Origin: an uncultured Gemmatimonadales bacterium
GTDB taxonomy: Bacteria > Gemmatimonadota > Gemmatimonadetes > Gemmatimonadales > GWC2-71-9
Length of the DNA stretch: 64,000 nt
Reading direction: 5' to 3'
NCBI GenBank assembly: GCA_963833365.1
Contig: CAWHXS010000012.1
Location: 56,402-120,401 of the forward strand
Shown: positions 8,607 through 19,799 of the stretch, in pieces
Layout: the number at the start of each line of letters is the position of its first letter
How positions within the stretch are numbered: position 1 is the stretch's first letter
Program-made: the position numbers and the translations under genes
The notes under the pieces: generated by a model
What the model was told of the DNA's origin: nothing
Seen by the model: the letters and a program-made list of their open reading frames with translations, nothing else
Database searches by the model: none

Positions 8607-9059
8607 ATGGACTACAAGAAGCCTTCAGATGCAGAGCTGCGTCAGCGGCTCACTCCATTGCAGTACCAGGTGACTCAGAAGGAAGCGACCGAGCGGCCTT
8701 TTCAGAACGAGTATTGGGACAATCACGCGGCGGGAATCTACGTCGACGCTGTCTCGGGAGAGCCGCTCTTCAGTTCACTCGACAAGTACGACTCGGGCAC
8801 CGGCTGGCCCAGTTTCACCAAGCCGCTGGAGCCGGAGAACGTTCAAACCAAGACTGATCGGCATCTCTTCATGGAACGGACCGAGGTCCGCTCCGCGCAT
8901 GCGGACTCGCATCTTGGGCATCTCTTCGACGACGGCCCGGCCCCGACCGGCCAGCGGTTCTGCATGAATTCCGCGTCTCTCAGATTCATCCCGGTGGACC
9001 AGCTGGAGGCCGAAGGCTACGGCCAATACCTGGCGCTTTTCAAGGACAAGGCGGGCTAA
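8607..9059 (+). CDS. msrB: Peptide-methionine (R)-S-oxide reductase
   Basis: Start at ATG 8607. [17 protein letters not shown] and the catalytic RFCMNSASL motif. Confidence 0.9.
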   Translation: MDYKKPSDAELRQRLTPLQYQVTQKEATERPFQNEYWDNHAAGIYVDAVSGEPLFSSLDKYDSGTGWPSFTKPLEPENVQTKTDRHLFMERTEVRSAHADSHLGHLFDDGPAPTGQRFCMNSASLRFIPVDQLEAEGYGQYLALFKDKAG

Positions 9060-10345
9060 CGGGTAAAGTAGATGACGGTGTAGATCAGCAGTCCGGCCAG
9101 GCCGCCCACCAGGGTGCCGTTCAGCCGGATGAATTGCAGATCCCGCCCCACGGCCAGCTCGATGCGCTCGGCCGCCACCTCCGGATCCCACTGGCGTACC
9201 GTCTCCGCCACGAGGTCCGACACCTCGTGACGATGCTCTTCGAGCTGGCTGGCGAGGAATTCGGTGATCGTCAGGTCCAACTCGGTGAGCCGGTTGTCAT
9301 CGGCGAGGAGCGATTCCCCCGCGGCGGCGAGACCCCTCGCCAGCGGCTGCAACGACGCCCCATCGGCCTCCGCGCTGTAGCGGTCTGCCGCCTTCCGGGC
9401 CCGCTCCCAGAGTGAAGCCGCGAACTCCTCCACCGCCGGATGCGTGAGCAGGTCCTGCTTCCAGGCCTCAGTGCGGGATGCGATATCCGGGGAATGCTTG
9501 AGCTTCTCGACAAAGTTGCGGAACGCCGTGTCGAACTTGAGCCGCAGCGGATGTCGAGGAGTGGCTCGGATCTCGTCAACCAGCCGTTCCGTCGCGTGCA
9601 CCAGCCGCTTGTGAAACGCATCGTCCACGACACCGGGAACCCACCACGGACTCTCCTCCTTGATCTTGCGGCGGAGCTCTTCCCGGTTCCGCTCCAACGC
9701 GTCGTGCACTAGTCGCAGAGCTTCATCGAACAGCGGCTGGTGCCGGTCGTCCGCGGCAACCACCGACAACAGGTTCCCCATGAACGGCGCGAGTTGCACC
9801 GACTGGAGCCGGGCCACCGCACTCTGCCGGATGAACTCGCTGGCCTCGGCTTCGGGCAGCGTCTGCACCGCCTTCGCGAGACCCGCGGCGACATGCCGGG
9901 CCAACCGTTCGCTGTTTGCAGGATCGCTGACCCACCGGGCCGATCGGGTCGCGAGATGCAGCGAGCCCAGCCGGGCTACCAGCACGTCCCGCGAGAGGAA
10001 GTGATTCTGGAGGAAGCCGCCAAGAATCCGGCCGATCCGGTCTTTCTGAGTGGGGATGATGGCCGTGTGTGGAATCGGCAGGCCCATCGGCTTGCGGAAA
10101 AGCGCCGTGACGGCGAACCAGTCCGCCAAACCTCCGACCAGCGATGCCTCCGCCGTCGCTCGGACGAAACCAAGCCACGGATACTGCGGTTCGAGCAGGA
10201 GTGCGACGACGAAGATCACGAGGGCGACACCTAGAAGACCCGTCGCCAGGCGCCTCATCACGCGAAGCTCGGCTTGTCGAGTCGCCTCGTCCTTCCGCGG
10301 CGGGCTGATCAGCTCGGTGGTGCGGGGGCGTGCCAGGGTCGCCAT
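9056..10345 (-). CDS. DUF445-family membrane protein
   Basis: Start placed at ATG 10343-10345 ([12 protein letters not shown]). An N-terminal TM helix, then [31 protein letters not shown], characteristic of DUF445/YjiN. 4-nt 3' overlap with the convergent msrB. Confidence 0.7.
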   Translation of the reverse strand: MATLARPRTTELISPPRKDEATRQAELRVMRRLATGLLGVALVIFVVALLLEPQYPWLGFVRATAEASLVGGLADWFAVTALFRKPMGLPIPHTAIIPTQKDRIGRILGGFLQNHFLSRDVLVARLGSLHLATRSARWVSDPANSERLARHVAAGLAKAVQTLPEAEASEFIRQSAVARLQSVQLAPFMGNLLSVVAADDRHQPLFDEALRLVHDALERNREELRRKIKEESPWWVPGVVDDAFHKRLVHATERLVDEIRATPRHPLRLKFDTAFRNFVEKLKHSPDIASRTEAWKQDLLTHPAVEEFAASLWERARKAADRYSAEADGASLQPLARGLAAAGESLLADDNRLTELDLTITEFLASQLEEHRHEVSDLVAETVRQWDPEVAAERIELAVGRDLQFIRLNGTLVGGLAGLLIYTVIYFTR

Positions 10346-10359
10346 TGCAGAAAGATACG

Positions 10360-10482
10360 GCGGGAAGGGCGGAAAGGCGGGATGGCGGTAGGGTGGACAG
10401 GGCGGTCGAGACGGTCGGGGCGGACGGTACTGGAACAAGAGGTCTAAGGTTTTGTCACGTCTCACGTCCCACGTCCCACCGA
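10360..10482. repeat. G-rich degenerate array plus a (CACGTCY) heptamer array
   Basis: GGGCGGAAAGGCGGGATGGCGGTAGGGTGG...GACGGTCGGGGCGGACGG contains the reverse complement of the 9-mer unit seen at 4191-4253. CACGTCT CACGTCC CACGTCC lies at 10457-10477. Confidence 0.6.
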
Positions 10483-10581
10483 CTTCCACGTTCCGTTTCG
10501 CGACCTGTAACCTCCAACGGCGCAACGACGTACTCCGCGTATCCACCTCCAGTTCAGCCTCGTCACACAGGAGCACGCGAT

Positions 10582-11646
10582 ATGTCGATTCGCCCCGTTG
10601 CGCTGGGCGTAGCCCTGACGCTCGTGGCCGGAGCCGCCTCCGCCCAGAACTTCCGTCTCGATACTCCCAAGGCGAGTCCACGGGCCTCGGTCAGCCAGAC
10701 GATCGGACTCACGGAGATCAACGTGACCTACGACCGTCCCGCGGTAAACGACCGGAAGATCTGGGGTGGCCTGGTGCCCTACGACACGGTCTGGCGGGCT
10801 GGAGCCAATGAGAACACCGTGCTGTCCTTCAACACGCCGGTCACCATCGGCGACGCGGAAGTCCCGGCGGGACGCTATGGGGTTCACATGGTCCCGACGA
10901 CCAACAAGTGGATGGTGATCTTCTCCAAGCAGGCCGATGCCTGGGGCGCCTTCAGCTACGACCCCAAGGAAGACGAGCTGCGGATCATCGTGCAGCCCAG
11001 GGAGGCGCCGTTCCTCGACCGGCTGCAGTACACCTTCGATGATGTGACGCCGAACTCGACGACGATCTACATGCACTGGGAAAAGCTGGCTGTCCCGATC
11101 CCGATCCAGGTGAACGTGGAGAAGGTGGTCATCGACAGCCTCGCTCAGCAGCTGCGAGGACTTCCCCGATTCTTCCAGGATGGCTGGGGCCAGGCGTCGC
11201 GCTGGGCGTTCACCAACACCAAGGACCTCGACCACGCCGAGGCGTGGGCCGACAGCGCGCTCAAATTCCCGCTCCCGACCTTTCAGACCCTGCAACTCAA
11301 GGCTGCCATTCTCGATAAGAGGGGCAACAAGACCGCGGCGGACTCGGTCCGGAAGCAGGCGATGCTGGTGGCCAACGAGAACGACGTGAACCTGATGGGC
11401 TACAACCTGCTGAATCAGAAGAAGATGGACGAAGCGATCGCGATGTTCCAGAAAAACGTGAAGGCCCACCCCGAATCGTGGAATGTCTACGACAGCCTGG
11501 GCGAGGCCTATGCGACGAAGGGCGACAAGGCCAAGGCCAGCACCAACTACAAGAAGGCGCTGAGCATGTGTCCCGAGGGGCAGAAGCCGAGGATCCAGGG
11601 GATCCTGGCGGGGCTTTCTGGGAGTGGTACCACTACGGGCAGCTGA
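10582..11646 (+). CDS. DUF2911 domain protein with C-terminal TPR repeats, secreted
   Basis: Start at ATG 10582 with signal peptide MSIRPVALGVALTLVAGAASAQ. SQTIGLTEINVTYDRPAVNDRKIWGGLVPYDTVWRAGANENT is the DUF2911 signature. The C-terminus is TPR-like (AIAMFQKNVKAHPESWNVYDSLGEAY). Confidence 0.7.
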   Translation: MSIRPVALGVALTLVAGAASAQNFRLDTPKASPRASVSQTIGLTEINVTYDRPAVNDRKIWGGLVPYDTVWRAGANENTVLSFNTPVTIGDAEVPAGRYGVHMVPTTNKWMVIFSKQADAWGAFSYDPKEDELRIIVQPREAPFLDRLQYTFDDVTPNSTTIYMHWEKLAVPIPIQVNVEKVVIDSLAQQLRGLPRFFQDGWGQASRWAFTNTKDLDHAEAWADSALKFPLPTFQTLQLKAAILDKRGNKTAADSVRKQAMLVANENDVNLMGYNLLNQKKMDEAIAMFQKNVKAHPESWNVYDSLGEAYATKGDKAKASTNYKKALSMCPEGQKPRIQGILAGLSGSGTTTGS

Positions 11647-11652
11647 AGCTCG

Positions 11653-11759
11653 TGAGTAGTCTTGAGTCTTGAGTCTAGAGTCTAGAGTCGTGGGTTTGTG
11701 GTCGAGACTCACGACTCATGACTCTAGACTATCGACTATCGACCATCGTCCATCGACCC
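11653..11759. repeat. Inverted pair of heptamer arrays (potential long hairpin)
   Basis: Left arm: GTGAGTA GTCTTGA GTCTTGA GTCTAGA GTCTAGA GTCGTGG. After a ~10-nt spacer, right arm: GAGACTC ACGACTC ATGACTC TAGACTA TCGACTA TCGACCA TCGTCCA TCGACCC. Confidence 0.85.
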
Positions 11760-11817
11760 TTCCCCATCTCCCTCCCGCCTTCCAAATTCCGTCTCCCTCC
11801 CCCAAGGCTGTTCTGGC

Positions 11818-13314
11818 ATGGCCCAGCTCCACCCGATTCTCGTCAACGGCCAGTGGGTCGCCCCTCACTCGACCAAGGCGCGAACCATTACCAACCCCTC
11901 GACGCTCGAAACGCTGGGGGCCGTCGCGGACTGTGATCTCCACGACGTGGATCACGCGGTGATGGCGGCACTCAATGCCCAACGCGCCTGGTGGAAGGTT
12001 CCTGGTGTCGAGAAGGCGAGGCTGCTGCGGGAAGTGGCCGCGAGGATCCGGGAGAAAGGACCCGAGCTGGCGCCGTTGCTTGCGCGGGAGACGGGAAAGC
12101 CGTTGATCGAGGCGGTGGATTGCATCGACTGGGTAGCGATCTGCTTCGAGTACTACGCCGAGATAGGGAGACGCAGCTACGGGAACTCTATCCCGCCGGG
12201 TGCGGCGCACCAGATCAACTTCACGATCAAGGAGCCGTTCGGAGTCGTCGCGGTCATCGTTCCCTTCAACTTCCCGCTGCTCCTCACCGCGTGGAAGGTG
12301 GCCCCGGCGCTCGCGGCCGGGAACACGGTGGTGTGCAAGCCGCCCCACCAGAACCCGCTCTCCAACCTCTTGATGGCGACGTGTTACGACGTGCTGCCCC
12401 CGGGCGTGGTGAATGTGGTGACCGGTGCCGGGCCGACCGGCGAGGAGCTGGTGCGCCACCCCAAGGTGGACCTGATCGCCTTTACCGGCTCGGTAGCCGC
12501 GGGACGCAGGGTCGCGAGCATGGCGGCGGAGCAGCTCAAGAAGCTGAACCTGGAACTGGGCAGCGTCGATCCGTTCATCGTCTGTGAGGATGCGGATCTC
12601 GATGTCGCGGTCCCCGGAGTCGCCTGGGCTCGGCTGCTCAACGCCGGACAGGTCTGCACGTCGTCCAAGCGGATCTACGTCGTGCAGTCGATCGCGGGCG
12701 AGTTTACCCGGCGGATGGAGCAATACGTGAAATCGCTGGTGGTGGGAGATCCGATGAATCCCGAGACCGATATCGGGCCGCTGATCTCGGACGAGGCACT
12801 GGCGACGGTGGAACGACAGGTCGCGGTGTCGGTACAGCAGGGCGCTCGAGTACTGTTAGGGGGCCGGCGGCGAAAGCACAATGGTCTCAAGGGCCATTTC
12901 TACGAGCCCACGATTCTGACCGACGTGGAGCACGGGACGCTGCCTACGCGAGAAGAAATCTTCGGTCCCGTCATTTCGATCACGGTTGCCCACGACTCCG
13001 ATCATGCCATCGAGATGGCCAACGACTCACAGTACGGGCTCGGTGCCTGCATCTACACCGCGAGTCTCGAGACCGCGATGAAGGCGATGGAGTTCATCAA
13101 GGCGGGAACCTTCTGGATCAACGACCCGCTCACCGACAACAACGCGGGTCCCTTCGGCGGCATGCGGTTGAGCGGGCTGGGGCGGGAGCTGGGAGAGGAA
13201 GGCCTCGACGCCTTCCGGGAACCCAAGCACGTGCATCTCGACTACGTGATGGAGCGGAAGGACTTCTGGTATCCCTACCGGGACCGGCCCATTCCGGGGA
13301 GCGGTGAACGGTGA
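11818..13314 (+). CDS. NAD(P)-dependent aldehyde dehydrogenase
   Basis: 498 aa. FNFPLLLTAWKVAPALAAGNTVVCKPP, LELGSVDP, the catalytic-Cys region NAGQVCTSSKRIYV, and EEIFGPV. Confidence 0.9.
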   Translation: MAQLHPILVNGQWVAPHSTKARTITNPSTLETLGAVADCDLHDVDHAVMAALNAQRAWWKVPGVEKARLLREVAARIREKGPELAPLLARETGKPLIEAVDCIDWVAICFEYYAEIGRRSYGNSIPPGAAHQINFTIKEPFGVVAVIVPFNFPLLLTAWKVAPALAAGNTVVCKPPHQNPLSNLLMATCYDVLPPGVVNVVTGAGPTGEELVRHPKVDLIAFTGSVAAGRRVASMAAEQLKKLNLELGSVDPFIVCEDADLDVAVPGVAWARLLNAGQVCTSSKRIYVVQSIAGEFTRRMEQYVKSLVVGDPMNPETDIGPLISDEALATVERQVAVSVQQGARVLLGGRRRKHNGLKGHFYEPTILTDVEHGTLPTREEIFGPVISITVAHDSDHAIEMANDSQYGLGACIYTASLETAMKAMEFIKAGTFWINDPLTDNNAGPFGGMRLSGLGRELGEEGLDAFREPKHVHLDYVMERKDFWYPYRDRPIPGSGER

Positions 13315-13337
13315 ACGGTTACTTCTCACTTCTCACG
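13303..13337. repeat. Heptamer arrays (GGTGAAC)x2 and (TCTCACN)x2
   Basis: GGTGAAC GGTGAAC GGTTACT TCTCACT TCTCACG, spanning the aldehyde dehydrogenase stop codon. Confidence 0.7.
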
Positions 13338-13346
13338 CTTTTCGCC

Positions 13347-13794
13347 CTACCGCCATTCCGCGACCACTCGCTCCATCGCCTCCACCGACTGGTCGTAAGC
13401 CGAGACCAGCTTGCTCAGCCGCTGGCGCAGCGGGCCTCGCGCCCCGGGAGCCTGCTCCTTGGCGTCTTCCATCAGGGACCGGAAACGCCGCATCCGCTCG
13501 ACCCGTTGGAGCAGGGTGCGGTGCACCAGGTCGGGCGCCAGGCGGTAGTAGGCTGCGGCGATCGCCCGGTCTTCCGACCCGCTCGAGAAACCCCCAGCGC
13601 TCCAGCACCCTGGTGTTGGTGCTCACGCTGGGCTTGCTGACCTTGAGCTCCCGCGGCGATGCGAGTCGATGGAGACGGCCTGGTCCGCGAGCAGCAGCAG
13701 GCCGAAGATCCGCCCGCCGATGCGAGGCAGTCCCTTCGGACTGAAAGAAGATGCCGCTGCGTTCGACGAACTGCTGCGCTCGCTGGCCGCGCAT
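13347..13794 (-). pseudogene. GbsR/MarR-type winged-helix regulator, about 3 frameshifts
   Basis: Pieces in three frames: MRGQRAQQFVERSGIFFQSEG / LPRIGGRIFGLLLLADQAVSIDS / LKVSKPSVSTNTRVLERWGFLERVGRPGDR / YYRLAPDLVHRTLLQRVERMRRFRSLMEDAKE...AEWR*. Divergent from the efflux operon. Confidence 0.7.
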
Positions 13795-13924
13795 GGAGAT
13801 CCTCGCGAATCAAGGTGCTTGCCAGTCTAACTACGTTTTGTATGTTTAAGCAAGACTGAATCTCATGCGGTTTGGTGCATATAGGCGGCACCGACGCTCG
13901 AGTCGCGTGCCCTGAGGTCTTCGA

Positions 13925-15430
13925 ATGATTGTGTTTCGCGCGGGTTGCCCGGCTGTTTCCTCCTGGCTTGCCGCCACACTCATCCTGTTCGGCTGCACCC
14001 CCTCGCCCCCGGCCTCGGCGGCAGGCCCGCGACCGCACCAGCCCCCAACAACTCCTGGGTGCCGCCGCGACGATCATCCCGAGCTGGCCGAGACTCCGCC
14101 CGCCGGCGACTCGGTGCATGCCCTGCCGGAAGACCTTCTCCCTCGCCTCCAGTCGCTGGGCCTCGGAGACGTCGTTGATCTGGCCCTTCGGAACAACCCC
14201 GCCACTCGTCAGAGTTGGGCCAGCGCCCGGGCCGCGGCGGATCTCTATGGTGCCTCCCGCGGACCGTACTATCCGCAGACTCGACGGGCAAGTCACCGCA
14301 ACCCGGCTCAAGACCACGGCGACTCAGGGCCGCAACGCGCAGCAGCAGACCGTGTACGGGCCGGTACTCAACGTCTCATGGCTTCTGCTCGACTTTGGTG
14401 GACGCTCCGGCGCCACCGGTCAGGCGCGGGAAGCGCTGATCGCCGCCGATTGGACCCACAACGCCACGATTCAGAACGTCGTCCTCACGGCGCAGTCTGC
14501 GTTCTTCCAGTACAGGGCACCCGGGCACTGCTCGCGGCGCAGCAGGTCGAGCGTCAAGGAGGCTCAGGCCAACCTCGACGCGGCAGAAGAGCGTAACAAG
14601 GTTGGTCTCGCGACTATCGCCGACGTCCTGCAGGCGCAAGACCGCGCTCTCCCAGGCGCGAGCTGGCACTCCTTACCACCGAAGGCGCCCTCGCCACGGT
14701 GCGCGGTGCCCTCGCAGTCTCCATGGGACTGCCAGCCAATTTGCCCTATGAGGTGGATTCGCTTGCCGGGCTCCAACGCTGTTCACCGCGCTGGCGGACA
14801 GTGTCGACGCGCTCATCGGCAAGCCGTGCGGGATCGGCCCGACCTGGCTGCCGATCGCAGGCCGAGGTTCGGCAATCGGAGGCGCGACATCACTCGAAGC
14901 CCGCGGCGCCCGGCTTCCGTCCATAGTGGTGACTGGGTCGAACGGGTACACCGGCGTTGGCGGCACCACGGCGCTGAAGAACAGCTACGCGGTGACAGTA
15001 GGCTTGCAGATTCCGCTGTTTAACGGATTTGGCCGGGAATACACCCAGCGTGCCGCCGAGAGTCAGGCGGAGGCCACCCGGGCCGGGGCGCAGACCCTCC
15101 GGCAGCAGGTGATCGCCGAGGTATTCAGCTTCGTACTACGTGCTGCGCACGGCGACCCGGAGGGTGGAGACTACCGATGATCTGCTGGAGAGCGCGGAGC
15201 GTTCTGCGGAGGTGGCGCTGGGGCGCTATCGAGAAGGAGTGGGAAGCGTGATTGACCTGCTGACGGCCGAGGCCGCGCTGGCCGATGCCAGGGCGCAACA
15301 GGTCCAGGCGCGCTGGATTTGGCAGACGGCGCTCGCGCAATTGGCGCGTGACACCGGGCAGCTCGACGAGCGGGGAGGTTCGAGCCTCCGGCTGGGAACC
15401 GATTCAACCGGGGTAGAACCCATACGATGA
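13925..15430 (+). pseudogene. TolC-like outer-membrane efflux factor, at least 6 frame changes
   Basis: Lipoprotein start LILFGC. Recognisable OMF segments hop between frames: DLALRNNPATRQSWASARAAADLYGASRGPYYPQ / VYGPVLNVSWLLLDFGGRSGA / VKEAQANLDAAEERNKVGLATIADVLQAQ / SYAVTVGLQIPLFNGFGREY / SAEVALGRYREGVGSVIDLLTAEAALADARAQQVQA. Confidence 0.8.
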
Positions 15431-16548
15431 TCGCATTCGACTGCCGGTCCCGCACCGCAATCCTCGCTCTCTCCTGCATCGCCGCAGCGGGTTGCAAGGA
15501 GAAGGATCCTGGGACTCCGTCCCGGTTCCGGTCACGGTTGCGACGGTCGAACGCCGCCCGGTGCCATTCGAGCTCGCGGCGGCTGGGACTGTCGAGCCGC
15601 TGCAGCGGGTGAACGTGGAAGCGCAGATCTCCGGGCAGCTCCTGCGCATCGGCTTCCAGGAGGGCGACCAGGTCACCAAGGGCCAAGTGCTGTTCGAGAT
15701 CGACTCCCGCGCCCTTACGGGCCGCATTCGCCGCGGCGGAGGCGATGGTCGCTCGAGACGTGGTGCAGGCCCAGAACGCCGAGCGTGATGTCGATCGCTA
15801 TGCGGCGCTGGTCAAACAGGAATACGTCACCTCGCAGCAGTACGACGCCGATCAGGGCCATCGCCGCCGCCATGCGAAGCGACGGTGCAAGGCCGACAGC
15901 GCGCAATGGAGACCGCGCGTCTCAACCTGCAGTACGCCACGATCCGGGCGCCGATCGGCGGACTCGCGGGCAGCCTGCAGATCCGGGAGGGCAATCTGGT
16001 GCGGGGTCCCGGCAACACGCTGGTTACCATCAATCAGATCCGGCCCATCCTGGTCCGGTTCCCGGTCCCGGCTCAGCAACTGCCGGAGAATCCGCGGCCG
16101 TCCGATCAAGGACGTCGGAGTCTGGCACAGCCGGCCGGCGGTGTACCCGGCTCAAAGGCCGGCTGGTCTTCATGGACAATGCGGTGGATAGCGACGACCG
16201 GTACCATTTTGCTCAAGGGCAGTTTCGACAACGCTGACGGCACCCTGTGGCCCGGCCAGTTCGTCAGTGTGAGTGTGCAGCTTTACGTACAAAAGGACGC
16301 TCTCGCGATCCCGGCCGTGGCAGTCCTGACCGGCCAGCAGGGCACATCCGTCTTCGTGGTTGATTCGGCCCAGACCGTGGCACCCCGCACGGTCAAGGTG
16401 GCGCGTACTGGCCGGAGACATCGCGGTGATCGAAAGCGGTCTCCAGGCCGGCGAACGAGTCGTCACCGACGGGCAGCTACGCCTGGTGCCCGGCGCCCAT
16501 GTCGAGATCAAGACTCAGCCGGTGCGCGGTCCGGAGGAAGCGTCGTGA
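15427..16548 (+). pseudogene. RND efflux periplasmic adaptor (MFP), at least 5 frame changes
   Basis: Lipobox IAAAGC. Fragments: VPVTVATVERRPVPFELAAAGTVEPLQRVNVEAQISGQLLRIGFQEGDQVTKGQVLFEID / LQYATIRAPIGGLAGSLQIREGNLV / TGTILLKGSFDNADGTLWPGQFVSVSV / [32 protein letters not shown]. The stop overlaps the RND start (GTGA). Confidence 0.8.
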
Positions 16549-19500
16549 ACATCGCCGAACCCTTCATCCGGCGCCCGGTCATGACGACGCTGGTCTCGGC
16601 CGGCGTCCTGATTTTCGGCGACCATCGCCTACCGGCTGTCTGCCGGTGAGCGACCTGCCCACCGTGGATTACCCCACCGTCAGCGTCAGTGCCTCGTTGC
16701 CCGGAGCGAGTCCGGAGACGATGGCGTCGGCGGTTGCTACCCCGCTGGAGAAGCAATTCTCCACCATTCCCGGCCTCGATGTGATGACCTCATCGAGCGG
16801 CCTGGGCAGTACTTCGATCACTCTCCAGTTCACGCTCAGCCGGAACATCGACGCTGCCGCAGCAGGACGTACAGGCCGCGATCTCCCAGACGCTGCGTCA
16901 GCTGCCGCAGGGCATGCTGCCGCCTTCGTATCGCAAGGTCGATCCCTCGTCCTCTCCGATCGTGTACTACGCGCTCACGTCGGCCACGATGCCGTTGTCG
17001 ACGCTCGACCACTACGGGCAGACCTTCATCGGCCAGCGGCTTTCGACGGTGGACGGTGTGGCCCAGGTGCAGGTATACGGATCGCAGAAGTACGCGGTGC
17101 GGATTCAGCTGGATCCCCAGAAGCTGCAGGCCTGGAAGATCGGTATCGACGAGGTCGTCGATGCCATCAACACGGGCAACGTCAACCTGCCCAACCGGAA
17201 TTCTCTGGGGCACCGACCAGACCTACACGGTCGAGTCCAACGGGCAGCTGGAGAGCGCCGCGGCGTTCCGGCCGCTGGTGATCGCCTACCGCAACGGCGC
17301 GCCGGTTCGGTTGGAGGATGTCGGACAGGTCAACGACGGCGTGCAGAGCGACAAGGTCGCGAGCTGGTTCAGCGGGACCCGGGCCATCGTCCTCGCGGTC
17401 CAGCGCCAGCCGGGCACCAATACCGTCGCGGTAACCGAGCGGGTAAACCAGGTGATGGCGGACCTGCGAGAAGCAGCTTCCCGGCCGCGGTGAAGGTCAC
17501 CAAGATGTTCGACCGTTCGGAGGGAATTCGGCAGTCGGTGTCCGACGTCCAGTTCACCCTGCTCCTGACCATCTTCCTCGTGATCCTGGTGATCTTCCTG
17601 TTCCTCAGGAACATCCCGGCCACGATCATTCCGAGTTTGGCGCTGCCGATGTCCCTCATCGGCACCTTCGCGGTGATGTACCTGCTCGGCTTCAGTCTCG
17701 ACAACCTGTCGCTGATGGCGCTGACACTGGCGGTGGGTTTCGTGGTGGACGACGCCATCGTGGTGCTGGAAAACATCGTCCGCCACACCGAGCTGGGAGA
17801 GCAACCGTTCGACGCGGCGCTCAAGGGGGCGAAGGAGATCGGTTTCACGATCGTCTCGATGACGCTGTCGCTGGTGGCCGTCTTCATTCCGGTGTTGCTG
17901 CTCCAGGGACTCATCGGACGGCTGTTCCGTGAGTTCGCCGTTACCATCGCGGTCGCGATTCTGGTGTCGGGATTCGTGTCGCTCACGCTCACCCCGATGC
18001 TCTGCGCCCGGTTCCTGAAGGCCGGCCACCAGGCGCAGCACGGCCGGTTCTACGACGACCACCGAGCGGCTCTGGCTGCGGCTGCTTGGCAGCATACGAC
18101 CGTTCCTTGACCTGGGTGATGGACCACGCGGGCCGACCCTGGCCTTCTCGGCGGCGATCCTGGTCGGCACTGTTCGTGCTGGGCCACTTCGTGGAGAAGG
18201 GCTTCATCCCCAGCGAGGATCAGGGCATGCTGTTCGGCAACGTGGTGACTCGAGAGGGCACTTCGTTCGACGCTATGGTCCGGCACCAGCAGGAGGTAGC
18301 GCGACATCGTTCAGGCCGACTCGAATGTCGAGACTTTCATGTCTTCGGTGGGGTCCGGAGGCCGTTCCTCCGGCATCAACGAGGGCACCCTGTTCCTGCA
18401 GCTCAAGGACCGGAGCAAGCGCAAGCTCGACGCCGACGCTGTCGCGCGCGAGATCACCGCCAAGGCGTCGGCGGTACCCGGCGTGCAGGTTTATCTCACC
18501 AATCCTCCGGTGATCAACATCGGTGGCCGCCGGACCCGAAGTCTCTACCAGTTCACCCTGCAGGGGACGGACATCAACGAGCTGTTCCAGAAGGCTGGCG
18601 AGTTCGAGGTCGCAGGCTCGGAAGACTCCCCGGGCATCACCGACGTGAACAGCGACTTGCAGATCAAGAATCCGCAGGTGCAGGTAACCATCGACCGGGA
18701 CCGCGCCGCACAATTGGGCATTTCCGCCGAAGCGGTGCAGGAGGCGCTGTACAACGCCTACGGCGCCCGCGCAGGTCTCCACCATCTTCACTCAGGACGA
18801 CCAGTACTGGGTGGTGATGGAGCTGTTGCCCGAGTACCAGCGGGATCTCGCCGCGCTGAATCTGCTCTCGATCCGGTCACCGCAATGGAGACCTGGTTCC
18901 GCTCACTTCCCTCGCGCAAGGTCGAGCCGGATGTCGGGCCCGCTGACCGTCAATCACCAGGGCCAGCTGCCGGCGGTGACCATCTCCTTCAACACCGCTC
19001 CCGGGGTCTCCCTGGGCGACGCGGTGTCCAGGGTGCAGGATCTCGCGCGATCGCACGCTGCCCTCCTCGATCAGTACCATGTTCTCCGGCACCGCCCAGG
19101 CGTTCCAGGAGGCCCAGAGCGGGCTCCTGATCCTCCTGGTGCTGGCGATTCTGGTGATCTACCTGGTGCTCGGCATTCTGTACGAGAGCTTCGTGCACCC
19201 GATCACGATTCTGACCGGCCTCCCCTTCGCGGGGTTTGGGGCGCTGCTGATCCTGCTGATTACCCGTCTCGACCTCAGCATTTACGCCTTCGTGGGCATC
19301 ATCATGCTGGTGGGTCTGGTGAAGAAGAACGCCATCATGATGATCGACTTCGCGATCGAGGCCGAACGGCGGGAAGGGAAGTCGCCCAGCGATGCCATTC
19401 TCGAGGCGTGCCACGTCCGGTTCCGGCCGATCATGATGACCACTATGGCCGCGCTGATGGGGACGCTGCCGATCGCGCTGGGTGCCGGGGCTGGTGCCGA

Positions 19501-19759
19501 ATCGCAGCCGCCCCTCGGCGTCGCAGTGGTGGGCGGGCTCGCGTTCTCCCAGTTGATTACGCTCTACGTGACCCCGGTGTTCTACACCTACTTCGATGGC
19601 CTCGCGACCCGAGGGTCAAGACGTGGCGGACCCGAGCGGCCCGGTGGCCGTTGGGCCGATTCAATTGCCATAACCATGATGCCGGAGGCCTCCGCCTTCG
19701 CCACATCCAACACGTCGTTACTTCGTCACATCCAAACATCCAGACATCCAGACACCTGA
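16545..19759 (+). pseudogene. RND inner-membrane efflux transporter (HAE1/AcrB-type), at least 8 frame changes
   Basis: GTG start, [17 protein letters not shown]. Fragments: [42 protein letters not shown] / [23 protein letters not shown] / the long intact TM block FTLLLTIFLVILVIFLFLRNIPATIIPSLALPMSLIGTF...VVDDAIVVLENIVRH / FVHPITILTGLPFAGFGALLILL...FRPIMMTTMAALMGTLPIALG. Confidence 0.85.
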
Positions 19760-19795
19760 CATCCTGACACCTCACTCCTCACATCCTCACCATCC
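19727..19795. repeat. Degenerate 7-8-nt array (ACATCC/ACACC units)
   Basis: CACATCC AAACATCC AGACATCC AGACACC TGACATCC TGACACC TCACTCC TCACATCC TCACCATCC, at the RND 3' end. Confidence 0.7.
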
Positions 19796-19799
19796 CCTG

